DNA of 64,000 nt, taken from contig JAMWBK010000001.1 in assembly GCA_029953675.1 (NCBI GenBank), forward strand, positions 1,364,001-1,428,000, given 5' to 3'. The stretch comes from Rhodosorus marinus CCMP1338. Taxonomy: Eukaryota; Plantae; Rhodophyta. A program made the translations under genes and the position numbers. Positions 23,351-34,241 of the stretch are shown in pieces; within the stretch, counting starts at the first letter, position 1; the number at the start of each line of letters is the position of its first letter. Below the pieces are notes generated by a model. It made no database searches, was not told the DNA's origin, and saw nothing but the letters and a program-made list of their open reading frames with translations.

Positions 23351-26300
23351 ATGGGGAGTGGAGTGTTGCTCTTATTGGTTGTGGCTTCGCTGGCTTGCAA
23401 GCAGGCAGTAGTCGGAGCAGCGCTGACGAGGGTAGATTTTAGGGATCTTCCTGTCGCGGAGGATATTCCTGGACTTCCGACCGACTTTGACTTTTTGCCT
23501 CATGGTCAGACGGACCGGATTTTGGTGTCGGGGTACAGAGGCCTGGTGCAGGTTGTCTTGAAGGGGGTGGTCCAGAAAAAGCTGTTTCTGGACAATACAG
23601 TTCCCCAGGAGGTTCGGGACAAATTCACTGGGCACTCCAAGCTCCTCGATAGAGGCCTTGCACACGAGTATCGAGCAGTCGCGATAGATGCGGACTTTGA
23701 TCATAATCCGTACGTGTACTTTTCGTACGTACTCTACCCGGAAAGGGTAGAAGGAATTGCTCCCCAGGGATTTGTCAGTCGATATCGCGTGAGCGATGAC
23801 CTCACAGAGGCCGTCATCAGCTCAGAGACTGTCATTCTGGGAAGCTACGTGAATGGAGATTGCAGAAACGTAACCTCGAGTGAGGACAATATTTGCATAA
23901 CGCGTGGGGCACATACCATGGGCGGGTTATTCACAGATCCCGAGGGCAACGTGTGGATATCAATAGGAGACTCTGCTTTTGCCGCCGATTATGACCGACC
24001 GAACGCGATGAGATGCCAGGACATTGACTCCCTGTACGGGAAAGTCTTGAGGGTAGACCGGAACGGGAAGGGTCTGCCAGGCAACCCATATTACAACGGC
24101 GATCGGGAGGCGAACCGGTCAAAAGTGATTTCTTCGGGTCTACGCAACCCATGGAACATTCACTGGGACGCCGAGCTCAGCACCGCCTGGCTGGCTGATA
24201 CTGGCGAGTCAACGCTTGAGGAGTTCAACCTGGTTGAATTTGGGGGGAATTACGAGTGGCCTTGCAAGGAGTCCTATCTCGATCGCTTTCAGTTTGGCGT
24301 CTTCCCTGAATGTGCGGACATCCTCGGTGCCGTTCCACCATCGTCCAGACCCGCATATACAGGTAGAAGAGTCAGCGCAGCATTCAGCTACCACCACACG
24401 GAGGGTACTGCTGTGACGGCAGCCCTGAAGGTGAACATCGCGGACTGGCCAGAAGAATTCCAGAACGGTGTGTACTTCAGCGACTATACTGGAAACTGGA
24501 TAAAGTACGTTAAGATAGATCGCACAGGCAAGGTAGTCTCCGAGGCTTTCGACTTTGCCTCCGAGGTACCGGGCCCGGTCAATATCAGAATCGGTAGCAA
24601 TGCGTGTTTGTACTACTTGGCGCTTACTGCGAGTCAGCTGGGTCGGATCTGTTACCACGAGAATAATTCACCTCCGGTCGTCACTGGTCTAGTCCCTCCG
24701 AACGGCTTCAAGGATGCGGCTCGGTCGACCTTGATCGAGGTCGCGGTAAGCAAGAAGGTCACACCTGTATCCGCATGGGTGGCCATTACCGTGGAAGAGA
24801 CGGTATCGGGCAATGTCGTCGCCGGATCTGTGGAGCAGGATGATTTGAGGAATGTGCTTACTTTCGTACCGAACGCGATGCTGAAGGGGGCCACGAGGTA
24901 TACCGTGACCGTTTCTGGGCTTGTGGATTTCAAAGGAAAGCGCATGGTGGGGTCGGAGAGAAGCATATTCAAGACGGGCGAAGGTTTCCTCCAATACGTC
25001 TCCGACCTTCCGTTGGATGTAGAGCCACGTTTGGAAAGGGTTGCCCTGGACACAGCGTATGATCTAGTGACGCCCATCAAGATACGCGGGCGGCGTTTCA
25101 GGAAGGGCCTGAGCTTCACCCCATCGGTTCTGATAGATGTCAAAGTTCCCGAGGGATGTACGTCGGTGGATGGTTACTATGGGATGGAGGATCTTGCCTT
25201 TAGGATTACACGCGGCGCTATTATCTTTACGATCTTTGCGGACGGTACCCTTGTCTACGATTCAACCGTGGATGGTCTCAGAATTCCAAGTAGAAAGATC
25301 GACCCCGAGTACTTCTTTCGGTTGGACGTCAAGAGTGGAAGTACACTGACGTTTAGAGGCGACAAAGGAGACCCGGAAGGACCACTTAACAAGGATAATC
25401 GTGCGGTGTGGGCCGACCTTAGGTTCCGCTGCGGTGATTTAGATGCGACGTCTCCGAGGGTAGAGTCGTTTGAGCCGCACGAGGGCGAGATTACATCGAT
25501 CGACACCATGATTCGCATCACGTTCGACGAGGTCATGAACTTCAACACAATCATTCAGGCTGTAAGCATCAAATCAGCTGCTGGTCGTCGCATCCCCTGG
25601 CTTGCGATTGAACAGAGCAACCCTCAGCTATTCGTGCTCGCGGTAGAGGACCTGGAGTTCGACACAAGGTACGTGGTGAGCATATCTAAAGTAGCTACGG
25701 ACGTTTCCAGGAACCCGTTGGAAGCGGAAGTGGTGTGGTCATTTACGACGGAGTCACCGGCAGCCAGTGGCGAGATTCTCCGATTCGTGCGAGATTTGAT
25801 ACCCCACCGCTCAACAGGTGGCGTATCCTCCGACGGATTTCCGAGAAGTTTCAGTCCTGGAGTTCAAGTATACGACAAAGGTCTTGGTATGCGCGCAAAC
25901 TCCATGGTAAGCTACGACCTGAGCGGTCTAGGTTGTACTCGCTTCAGGGGGCGCACGGGTAGAGACGCGGCCGCGGGAGGCGATGCCGGTAGCTGCCGGC
26001 TTCAAATTTTCAGTGGTCCGAGCGCAAAAACGTCCACAAGGCGTGTGGACAGGTACCACCGAGCAGCTGAGCCTTCCGTTGCACTGGATTTTGACTTGCA
26101 AGGGGATAAGTACCTCGCGTTTAAGGTTTCTGCAGGTGGGGATGGCGGCAGAGCCAGAGACTTTTGTGACATCGCTGGAACGAGGTTGAAATGTGACAAG
26201 GGCAACATTAGAGTTGCAGATCTACCCGCGTTGGCTAGACAGGGAGTTATTGAGCGGAACAGAAGTGCTGCACGACTACCACTTCAGCTGTTTCGCTATT

Positions 26301-27142
26301 CGATGGCGTTTGACTCTGGTATCTCGATCCCCGCCGGTGCAGAGGTGACGTACAAGATTCCGGGAAGATGTTCGAGAGTCAGTTTCAGAGTGGGAGCAGG
26401 GGGTGGAGCGACCTTTGGAGACACTAAACTGGTGACCTTGGTCGATGGAGAGCCAGCTTGTACGGAGCAGAATTTTATCCACCGCGATGGAGCGAAAGTA
26501 TTCTCGTGCAGCGTGAATGGGGGGAAGGAACTAAAACTGTTGTCCGTCAAGGGAGCTACAAAGGGTGCGATCATAGTGGGAGAGGGAGAGTTGGACTGTG
26601 CAATTGGAACTCGGAAACCTGTTTGTGATATATCGACGCTCCCCAGCAGCTTTCGGGTCGGACACATCATTGACTTTGCGGGACAGGGCTATCGCTTCAA
26701 CGGAGAGAAACTACCTGCGAGCGCTGTCAACTGGGATGTCACTCTTGTTCACTGTCAGCCGGAGTGTCACGATCATCCAGAAGCCAGATTTGAGGGCAGG
26801 AAGAACGGGAGTTACAGGGTGCCAGACCACGGTGACTACTTCTTTATCAAGATCGACTGCACGGTGCAGGACAGGGGGGAAATATCCAAAACGTCAGCAA
26901 ATGTTCTCCCAGAAACCGCTGTGATAACGGTGGAATCTGTGCCAACCGGGAAGATAGCTGCCATCGGCGACACCCCGGGGCGGACGCCACTTTCCAAGAC
27001 GGTGGTCGTGGGCTCGAGGACCACCGTAGACATCGACCCCGTCGCATTCGGATTATGGGATCATGACAATAGCCTGGTTCCGACGTTTAATCATAAGCTC
27101 GAGGACGGACGTCCAGTCTTCTTTGTCGCCAGGTTCGATTGA
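23351..27142 (+). CDS. Secreted multidomain GSDH/NPCBM/Ig-like protein, copy 3
   Basis: Intact ORF, ATG at 23351 followed by a signal peptide. Motifs GAHTMGGL..DPEG..WISIGD, GLRNPW, NYEWP, HCQPECHDHP..PDHGD. Confidence 0.88.
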   Translation: MGSGVLLLLVVASLACKQAVVGAALTRVDFRDLPVAEDIPGLPTDFDFLPHGQTDRILVSGYRGLVQVVLKGVVQKKLFLDNTVPQEVRDKFTGHSKLLDRGLAHEYRAVAIDADFDHNPYVYFSYVLYPERVEGIAPQGFVSRYRVSDDLTEAVISSETVILGSYVNGDCRNVTSSEDNICITRGAHTMGGLFTDPEGNVWISIGDSAFAADYDRPNAMRCQDIDSLYGKVLRVDRNGKGLPGNPYYNGDREANRSKVISSGLRNPWNIHWDAELSTAWLADTGESTLEEFNLVEFGGNYEWPCKESYLDRFQFGVFPECADILGAVPPSSRPAYTGRRVSAAFSYHHTEGTAVTAALKVNIADWPEEFQNGVYFSDYTGNWIKYVKIDRTGKVVSEAFDFASEVPGPVNIRIGSNACLYYLALTASQLGRICYHENNSPPVVTGLVPPNGFKDAARSTLIEVAVSKKVTPVSAWVAITVEETVSGNVVAGSVEQDDLRNVLTFVPNAMLKGATRYTVTVSGLVDFKGKRMVGSERSIFKTGEGFLQYVSDLPLDVEPRLERVALDTAYDLVTPIKIRGRRFRKGLSFTPSVLIDVKVPEGCTSVDGYYGMEDLAFRITRGAIIFTIFADGTLVYDSTVDGLRIPSRKIDPEYFFRLDVKSGSTLTFRGDKGDPEGPLNKDNRAVWADLRFRCGDLDATSPRVESFEPHEGEITSIDTMIRITFDEVMNFNTIIQAVSIKSAAGRRIPWLAIEQSNPQLFVLAVEDLEFDTRYVVSISKVATDVSRNPLEAEVVWSFTTESPAASGEILRFVRDLIPHRSTGGVSSDGFPRSFSPGVQVYDKGLGMRANSMVSYDLSGLGCTRFRGRTGRDAAAGGDAGSCRLQIFSGPSAKTSTRRVDRYHRAAEPSVALDFDLQGDKYLAFKVSAGGDGGRARDFCDIAGTRLKCDKGNIRVADLPALARQGVIERNRSAARLPLQLFRYSMAFDSGISIPAGAEVTYKIPGRCSRVSFRVGAGGGATFGDTKLVTLVDGEPACTEQNFIHRDGAKVFSCSVNGGKELKLLSVKGATKGAIIVGEGELDCAIGTRKPVCDISTLPSSFRVGHIIDFAGQGYRFNGEKLPASAVNWDVTLVHCQPECHDHPEARFEGRKNGSYRVPDHGDYFFIKIDCTVQDRGEISKTSANVLPETAVITVESVPTGKIAAIGDTPGRTPLSKTVVVGSRTTVDIDPVAFGLWDHDNSLVPTFNHKLEDGRPVFFVARFD

Positions 27143-27508
27143 AATGCAGAGTAGGCTGGGAACTCATAAGCTATAGAACAATTGATTTCTTATTTAAAAA
27201 CCGAATTCATGTTTAGGATAGATGATTGAATATCTACTAGTGTAAGCAATACAGAGTTTAAACTTCATAGAGATTTATTGGATAATAAAATGAAATTGAT
27301 TAGATTGTGACAACTAAAGCCTATAATAAGTGTTTGGATTGGATAAACGAATCGGATAACAAGGATTTGGATTGGATAAAAGCTGCTTAAGTATTCAATA
27401 ATGCACAAATAAATAAGACGAATTTGAATTGATTGGATTATGTGGAAAATCACTGCCCTTCTGACATCGGTACGTGGTTGGTAGTTGCCATTTATTACCG
27501 CTATTACT

Positions 27509-27989
27509 GAAACCTTTACCCGTCGCGGACTTTCAAAATGATGAACGCCGTGTAGCCGACCTGGTGATCACCTGTGACGACAGCCGCCGTACCACATACG
27601 TTGATCTTGCTGTTCCTAACCCTCAAGCTAGTCGTTATCTCCCGGCTGCGGGGGAGCGCCGTGGCTCTGCCGCCGCCAGCATGAGACGCCGCAAAGAGAT
27701 CAAATACGCAGGGGCTTTGTCTTCCCCTGGTGTTCGTGCTTCGGCACTAGCACATCGCTTGGTACCCCTGATCATTGAGTGCTTTGGGTTCATGGACTCT
27801 GTTGGTTCTCGCTGGCTTCGGGAGTTGTTCCGCGAACGCCCTGACCGTCTTCAATCGTTGTTTACCCGCTTAAGTTTCCTGCTGTGGCGCATGAACGCCG
27901 CTTTGATGTTGGAGGCGCGAGTACTTCGCCGCGCTTAGTCTTTTTTTCCCCTCGGGGTTTTTTTTTTCAGCCTCCGATTAAACCATTCG
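27509..27989 (+). mobile_element. Family B 3' fragment (young)
   Basis: Almost identical to 52790-53270. RLE motifs ADLVI..YVDLAV..K..KY..PLIIECFG. Confidence 0.93.
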
Positions 27990-28049
27990 CTCGTATTATT
28001 GGTAAATGCCAAAACAAGTTCGCATTTACCAAACCGCATTTCGACGGTT

Positions 28050-28520
28050 TTTGCGCTAACTTCTCTGAGCCAAGATACCGCGGATTTCGGGGCCCACGTG
28101 CTCGCCAACTGCCCCGCTGTGAAAGGTGTCCGAACCCTACGACATACGCGGATCTTGAACCTGTTGTACCGCTGAGGAGCACCTGCCGTCGCAGCCTACC
28201 AAATGATGAACGCGGCATGGCTGCTCACCTCGTGGTCACCTGTGACGATAGCCGCCGTACGACGTGCGTTGATCTTGCTACTAATCCTCGGGCTAGTTGT
28301 TATGTGCCGGCTGCGGGAGAGAGCCGTGGAATTGCCGCTGCTCTGAGACGTCGCAAGGAGTTGAAATATGCGGGGGCTTTGTCTTCCCCAGGCATTGGTG
28401 CTTCGGCTCTAGCTCATCGCCTGGTACATCTGGTCATTGAGTGCTTTGGGTTTATGGGATCCGTTGGTTCTCGTTGGCTTCGGGAATTCTTCCGCGAACG
28501 CCCTGACCATCTCTCGTCGT
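28050..28520 (+). mobile_element. Family B degenerate 3' fragment
   Basis: gattt..cccac.tgctcgcca..tgccc.gctgtgaaa through ccctgacc, homologous to 52630-53130. Confidence 0.8.
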
Positions 28521-28529
28521 TGTTTTTTT

Positions 28530-29665
28530 TTGTACCCGTTCAAGTTTCTTGGCTGTGGCGCGAGGGGGAAAAATACCACTCGCGGCGAAGATCGCGCGGC
28601 TCCAACATCAGAGCAGGCGTTCACACACCACAGCACGAAACTGGCTTTATTAGCACGAGACTTAAGACCCGTAAACGACGAGGGGAGACGGTCAGGGCGT
28701 TCGCGGAACAACTCACAAAGCCAACGGGAACCAGCGGAATCCATAAAGCAAAAAAAAATCTCAATGACCAGAAGTAGCAGGCGATGAGCTAAAGCCGAAG
28801 CGCGAATGCCTGGGGAATATGAAGCCCCGCATGTTCTATTTTACTTCTTCGGCGGGGGCACGCCGTGGTCCCAAGCGGTGGTCCCAAGGGGGGCCCGTCT
28901 TGGCCTGGAGCTGTCGCCCACCTGAGGGCTGCCCCAGGACGGAAAGGTCCGCTCCCGCTGAGGGAACATTCGAAGGATTAGGCAGCTCTGTACCCCTCTC
29001 CGAAGAGGCCCCAGCCGCGGAACCGCCTTTGTCACCTCCAGATCCCGGAGCTGCCCTCGCCTGTACCGGGACAGGTTGTTGATTGACCTGGGGAAGTTGA
29101 CTGTCTTCCGCCAACTTGGCCACCCGGCTGGAATTTAAATTCTGACCCGAATTTGAATTTTCCTTCGCCAGGAGACCCGATTCCAGCCCCCTTAGCTTCT
29201 GGGTGAGCTGAGGCTATGACACCTCGATCGCCCGCGGCCGTAATCAGGCTTGTTACAGCAGAGAGCAGGACACGCACTTGCGTACCAGAGGCGCCCTGTA
29301 ACTCCACCTGCGTGGAGAAAGGGCCCGCACGAAGAGACACTCTGTGTCCACCTTCAGTAGACACCTCCGCCGGCGGGGTCTCCGGACCCTCAGGAGTGGA
29401 GCGCGGAGGGACCCCGGCCATCACGGAAGAGCGTGTTGAAGAGGAGTTTCACGAAGGAACTCGACCAAAAAAACCCGCACAACCAGCACCTCAGACAGAA
29501 AGCTCCGGATCGAACACACTCAAAGGGGGAGAATCCCCGAGAACCAACCACGAAACCCGAAAAAGCAGCGAGAGGATGCGCCTGCAACGATGAACACTCT
29601 CGGACCCGAACACGACTCCAATCGCAACCGAAGACCAACTCAAACCCCCCCCCTACTACTAGCCG
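28530..29665 (-). mobile_element. Internally deleted or chimeric element: 5'UTR and ORF1 N-terminus joined to a family B 3' end
   Basis: LQGASGTQVRVLLSAVTSLITAAGDRGV matches family A ORF1 LEGASGTQARALISAVTSLITAASDRGV. Joins at ~28845 to the B sequence gcggggc..ttccccaggcatt. Confidence 0.8.
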
Positions 29666-29699
29666 TACAATAGGTCAAAGTTAGGCGATATTATAGAAG

Positions 29700-29800
29700 C
29701 ACGCTGGCCGAGGTGCGCCACGGCCGCCTGAGCTTGCACACTTTTCTCCCTAATTCCTAGTTCGCCTAGTTCCCTTTTACACCCTGTGTAGTGCCTCAGC
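29700..29800 (+). mobile_element. Degenerate family A 3' end
   Basis: cacgctggccgaggtgcgccacggccgcctgagcttgcacac...cctagttc resembles atgcttgccgaggcgcgccatcggcgcctgggtttgcacac. Confidence 0.6.
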
Positions 29801-30699
29801 TTTTTTTTTATTAGGTAGCCCGCACCACCAGACTTGCTGACTTCTAGGATTACTTCTTAGACACTTCCAGTCTCTGAGATTTTGGAATTGGGGAATTCGT
29901 TCATGCAGAAGACGCAGGGTTGCAAAAACCTTAGTCCTACCCGAACTTGGTCCTGATTACTGTACTAGCCGAAGAAGTATGAATCACTGGCATCGCTTAC
30001 AACGGCTGTTTTTGTCCTAGTAGCGAAGTACGTCAGCAATAAAACCACCTCATGACCTGGCAACCTGTCATTCCTCCTTCATAGGTTGTATTACGTCCTG
30101 CGTAGCGTCCAGCCTGGAGCCTGGGCAGGAGGTTTGGGTATTGTCTGAGCGTGTCAATAGTGTTAGTGGTGTGTGTTTAGTAGCTGCAAAATAAAGGCTA
30201 CAGCGAGCAGGCGGGGGATGGGGGATGGGGGGTTAACTATCGCTGGAGGCAGTGGCGGGGAAACTTTTCACGACAAAAACCCCGAAAAAGACAGCACACT
30301 CCCTAACAACAACATCAAAAAACTCCCATTAATAACCCCAGTATAAAGAATCAAAGCCGGAGAGCAAGCAACACCTGGGGCTTACATGCCCTTCTCCCTA
30401 GTCCCCATAGTTTCCTTTTACGTTTTGCGTAGCGCTCAGGCTATGTTGGCAAAACCACCACAGGTGGCTAACCGGGAAAACGGGGGAAAAGGCAACTAAA
30501 GTAGAGCTTCCAATCGAGAAACACAACGGCGGCCCAAAAACAACCCGAATCCAAAGACACGTAACAGCCGAGATCACGGCCAACAAACATTCGGGCTTGC
30601 CGCGTTCATAATCATACTTTGTTCAGAGACAACAACCCACAAGGTAAGAAGCCTACGGGAAACCAAGAGAACGGAACAACATCTGACCGAAGAGTAGCG

Positions 30700-30880
30700 G
30701 AAGCGGCAATGTTTTTTAGAATGTCGCGCACATCAAATTCACCAAAAGGATCATCCGCACGCTCGGCCCGGTAGATTCGGTTCCGTAATCCATCCGGTCT
30801 ACGGGGGTTTTGCGTCGTCGTCTCCTTTTCAGAAGTAGATTCTTTCCTCTTCAGGTCCCATTTTTTAAATTCATCTGCAG
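30700..30880 (-). pseudogene. Decayed duplicate of the C-terminus of the adjacent RTX-like gene
   Basis: MGPEEERIYF*KGDDD../DGLRNRIYRAE..FGEFDVRDILKNIA versus MGPEEEKIYFGKGDDF..DGLQDRIYGGE..GTFDIDDILKNMA. Confidence 0.8.
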
Positions 30881-30944
30881 GAGACAGCCAAGAGAATGGC
30901 CTCCATCTAACGAATGAATCTATAGTCCGTAAAGACTGTGTTTT

Positions 30945-31931
30945 TTATTGTCCAAGGGCCATGTTTTTCAGAATGTCGTCTATATCAAAAGTACCTTTAG
31001 CCTGATTCACGCCCTCGCCCCCGTAGATTCGGTCTTGAAGTCCATCGGCAATGGATTCTGCGAAGTCGTCTCCTTTTCCGAAGTAGATTTTTTCCTCCTC
31101 AGGTCCCATTTGAACTTCGTCATTTCCTCCCTTCAGGAATAAAGTACTACCATCCCCCCCATAATACTCATTGTTAATTATTTCTGTGCCCTCGGACCCG
31201 ATCACGACGTCATAGCCTTTGAAAAGACCAAGGTAGGCGTCATTAACTTCATCTTCAGAAACGATAAACAAGTCGTTGCTATTCGTTCCATTCCAAATGT
31301 CCAATGCGCAGCCAGGAACACAGTCCTTATTTGCTTCATTGATCAGATTCGGACAGCCAATAGAGTACGGACATCCCTCATCAGAGCTACATGCGTCGTC
31401 CTTAATTGTAACTTTCGTATCAACGCCCGCAACCTCGACGATCGCCTCAAACACTAGACACTGCTCCGTCTCACAGCACGTTGATGCTGCTGGAATTTCG
31501 TCAAAGCAGATTCTAATCGCCCCCATTTTCTTCCCAGGGGTCAGCTTGGTGGCGTTCCTCCTCCTCTGAAATTTATCCTTGACTTCTGTTGGGATGCTGC
31601 TGCAATCCGGATGGATACCTACCCTCAGTTCCTTGATCATTGCTGGGTCAACGTGCCTTAACGATAATCTCAAGCAACCCGTCGGAGCCTTGTCTTTGGG
31701 GTTCTCATTTCGTACGCACAGCTTGGGAGTTTTCCCGTTCAGCTGGTCAAGTGTCAGCTCCTTGCAGTAGGATTCACCCCAGAGAACTCTCCTTTCAATC
31801 TCGATAATACGTCCCTCTCCGTCAACTACCTCTGGGTCAGGGAGATCAAAACTTGCACACGTATTACCCAACGCATCTCCCCACACGAGACACAAAGTGC
31901 CTGCTAAAGCCACCACCAACGCCAACTTCAT
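30945..31931 (-). CDS. Secreted protein with Cys-rich N-terminal domain and degenerate RTX/haemolysin-type Ca-binding repeats
   Basis: ATG at 31931 followed by signal peptide MKLALVVALAGTLCLVWG. Repeats NGTNSNDLF, FKGYDVVIG, YGGDGS, KGGNDEV, FGKGDDFA, YGGEGVN. Confidence 0.75.
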   Translation of the reverse strand: MKLALVVALAGTLCLVWGDALGNTCASFDLPDPEVVDGEGRIIEIERRVLWGESYCKELTLDQLNGKTPKLCVRNENPKDKAPTGCLRLSLRHVDPAMIKELRVGIHPDCSSIPTEVKDKFQRRRNATKLTPGKKMGAIRICFDEIPAASTCCETEQCLVFEAIVEVAGVDTKVTIKDDACSSDEGCPYSIGCPNLINEANKDCVPGCALDIWNGTNSNDLFIVSEDEVNDAYLGLFKGYDVVIGSEGTEIINNEYYGGDGSTLFLKGGNDEVQMGPEEEKIYFGKGDDFAESIADGLQDRIYGGEGVNQAKGTFDIDDILKNMALGQ

Positions 31932-32229
31932 CGCTTCCAATCTAGCCAGCCATCTACACACTCCCATACCCCACCAATACAATGTCTCACCTTCTGAACA
32001 GCGGATGCGTCGACAACGATGGTGCTACATATATTATGATGTTGGCTAACTGGATTTCGTTGACCTCGGCTTTGATATTTCGGCACGAGGTCCTCGCCTT
32101 GAGTAGTCGATGGGGAGAAGAGCATAAAATTGGGTTTTGATGTTGGAGGCGCAGGATCTTCTTCGCCTTACACTAGCCAATTTCCCGTTGTGCTAAGACA
32201 ATCTGGGGGGCCTACACTTACCGTAGTCG

Positions 32230-33280
32230 GTTTTTGTTTGTTTTCTGAGATTTTGATAGATCGATCCCCTTCCCTCTCGACTGGCTCTACTAGCAGCCCA
32301 TTACTAAAGCTTTCACGGCAAAGTATCTTGCTCAAACCATTTTCCAATAGACCGTAACTTGAGAAGAAACTTCGATGGAGGAAAAAGCAAGTCACCGACA
32401 TGTTTATTGGACGTAGACAGGTTGGGAAAGCGGTGGGGAGCTGTTGGGAAACAAAAACAAAAAGCCGTTGGGAGGAACGGACAGTACTAGTATGGCAGTA
32501 CTAGTAGGGTTCTGCTGGAAAACGTATTGTCCACCCCGGGTTTACGTTAGTAATGTTTCGCATTTGCCCACCCTCGGTAGGATATAATTGAATGTATGTG
32601 TTGGAACGGTCACGCGGTCAGCGGTGAATATACGCTCTCAGCATGTAGAAGGATGATTCGCACATCGTCATACATACGGTGAGACCGATGTGCAAACGGT
32701 ATACGGTAGTAAAACCTCATAGAGGTTCAAACGTTTGAAATAGTTTGAACGGTACAAGGCATCGACTATCACCACAGTATAGTAGGTCACTTAAGTGCGA
32801 GACATCGCGACCCCAATGGTCGAACGAACGAATGGTCAGGGAAACAATAAAGAAACTATCGAAGTTTGGCTGACGGGACTTTGGTCAAGGTTGGGAAACC
32901 CCTAAAAACACAACAGTTTTTGTTTGTTTTCTGAGATTTTGATAGATCGATCCCCTTCCCTCTCGACTGGCTCTACTAGCAGCCCATTTCTAAAGCTTTC
33001 ACGGCTACGTATCTTGCTCTAACCATTTTCCAATAGACCGTAACCTCAGAAGAAACTTCGATGGAGGAAAAAGCAAGTCACCGACATGTTTATTGGACGT
33101 AGACAGGTTGGGAAAGCGGTGGGGAGCTGTTGGGAAACAAAAACAAAAAGCCGTTGGGAGGAACGGACAGTACTAGTATGGCAGTACTAGTAGGCTTCTG
33201 CTGTAAAACGTATTGTCCACCCTGGGTTTACGTTAGTAATGTTTCGCATTTGCCCACCCTCGGCAGGATATAATTGAATG
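32230..33280. repeat. Two 365-bp direct repeats (32230-32594, 32916-33280) flanking a 321-bp spacer
   Basis: Near-identical units of the same length; no TG...CA ends. Confidence 0.92.
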
Positions 33281-33309
33281 AATTTATTTAATCGGGGTTT
33301 TCGAGTGCC

Positions 33310-33950
33310 GTCCGCAAACGTTTCTATCGGACGCCACCAATAATTTGTTGAAGTGGATAAACTACATGTAAAACAATATAAAACAAAGGGGTGTCCGATT
33401 CTAATTCTACGCAAAAAACAGGTTCTGATGATTGCCCGTGCGATAAACATGTGCGATAAATCGTCCGATATTCAATCAACGTTAGTCTAATAATCAATCA
33501 TCTCCCGCCGAGGTATTGAATCATGATTACTTCTTGTTATGACAAGCTCTCACTGGCATATCATGAATCATGATACTTCTCGAGGTGAAATGCTGCCGGT
33601 ATCATGCAATGAATCATGATCACTTCTGAAACCGACAGGCTGTCATAGCATTGGTTGAGACAGAAAAAACCAGCTTTCGGATCCAACCGAAAAAGGTAAT
33701 CATAACCTCGCATGTAGATGGGAATCAAACCGAATTCGAGTTTGTAGACGACCATGCTGTGAAAAAGATGAAAACGATCATTGAAAAATATCGGACCGAA
33801 TCGGTCGTTATCGGACCACTTATGCGGACGAAGCCAGTTTTTATTGTATATTCAGGTCTGATAAACTCATATCGGACGGAGAGATGGCCGAACCCCAACA
33901 TCTCCTCGGCCTTTTGGCTAACATCAATTTGTTAAACAAAACTAGGTCTA
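33310..33950. repeat. Region with repeated GTCCGATA/TATCGGAC and TGAATCATGAT motifs, related to 63855-64000 (possible DNA transposon end)
   Basis: gattgcccgtgcgataaaca (~33430) versus gattgcccgtccgataaaca (~63971). tgaatcatgat occurs three times at ~46-bp spacing. Confidence 0.45.
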
Positions 33951-34241
33951 TGAGTGTTAAGTCCTCCGTTTTACCCCACCTTTACTCCGAACCAACCATA
34001 CTTGATGGTTTCTAGGAGTTTTCTTCTTTCAGCCCCGGATTGGACAAATTCATTCAATATGCGATTGATTACCTTTTTCGGTGGGTTCACGAAGGTGGTT
34101 TTTGCTCGCTCAACCATGCCATGACAGCCTGTCGATTTCAACAGTAATCATGAGCCATTGTTGAGAACTGGAAAGCTTCTTCCGAAATATGAAGACGTCG
34201 CTGAACTCTTTATTTCATATACCCGTCCTAGAAGAGCATCT

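Noticed and set aside
5161-27047. Numerous short antisense and alternative-frame ORFs within the GSDH genes
   Set aside because: Shadows of long GC-rich ORFs; their apparent conservation just reflects paralogy.
27170-27450. AT-rich tracts (also ~900-1260 and ~8870-9070)
   Set aside because: Consistent with ordinary 3'UTR or intergenic DNA; no specific structure.
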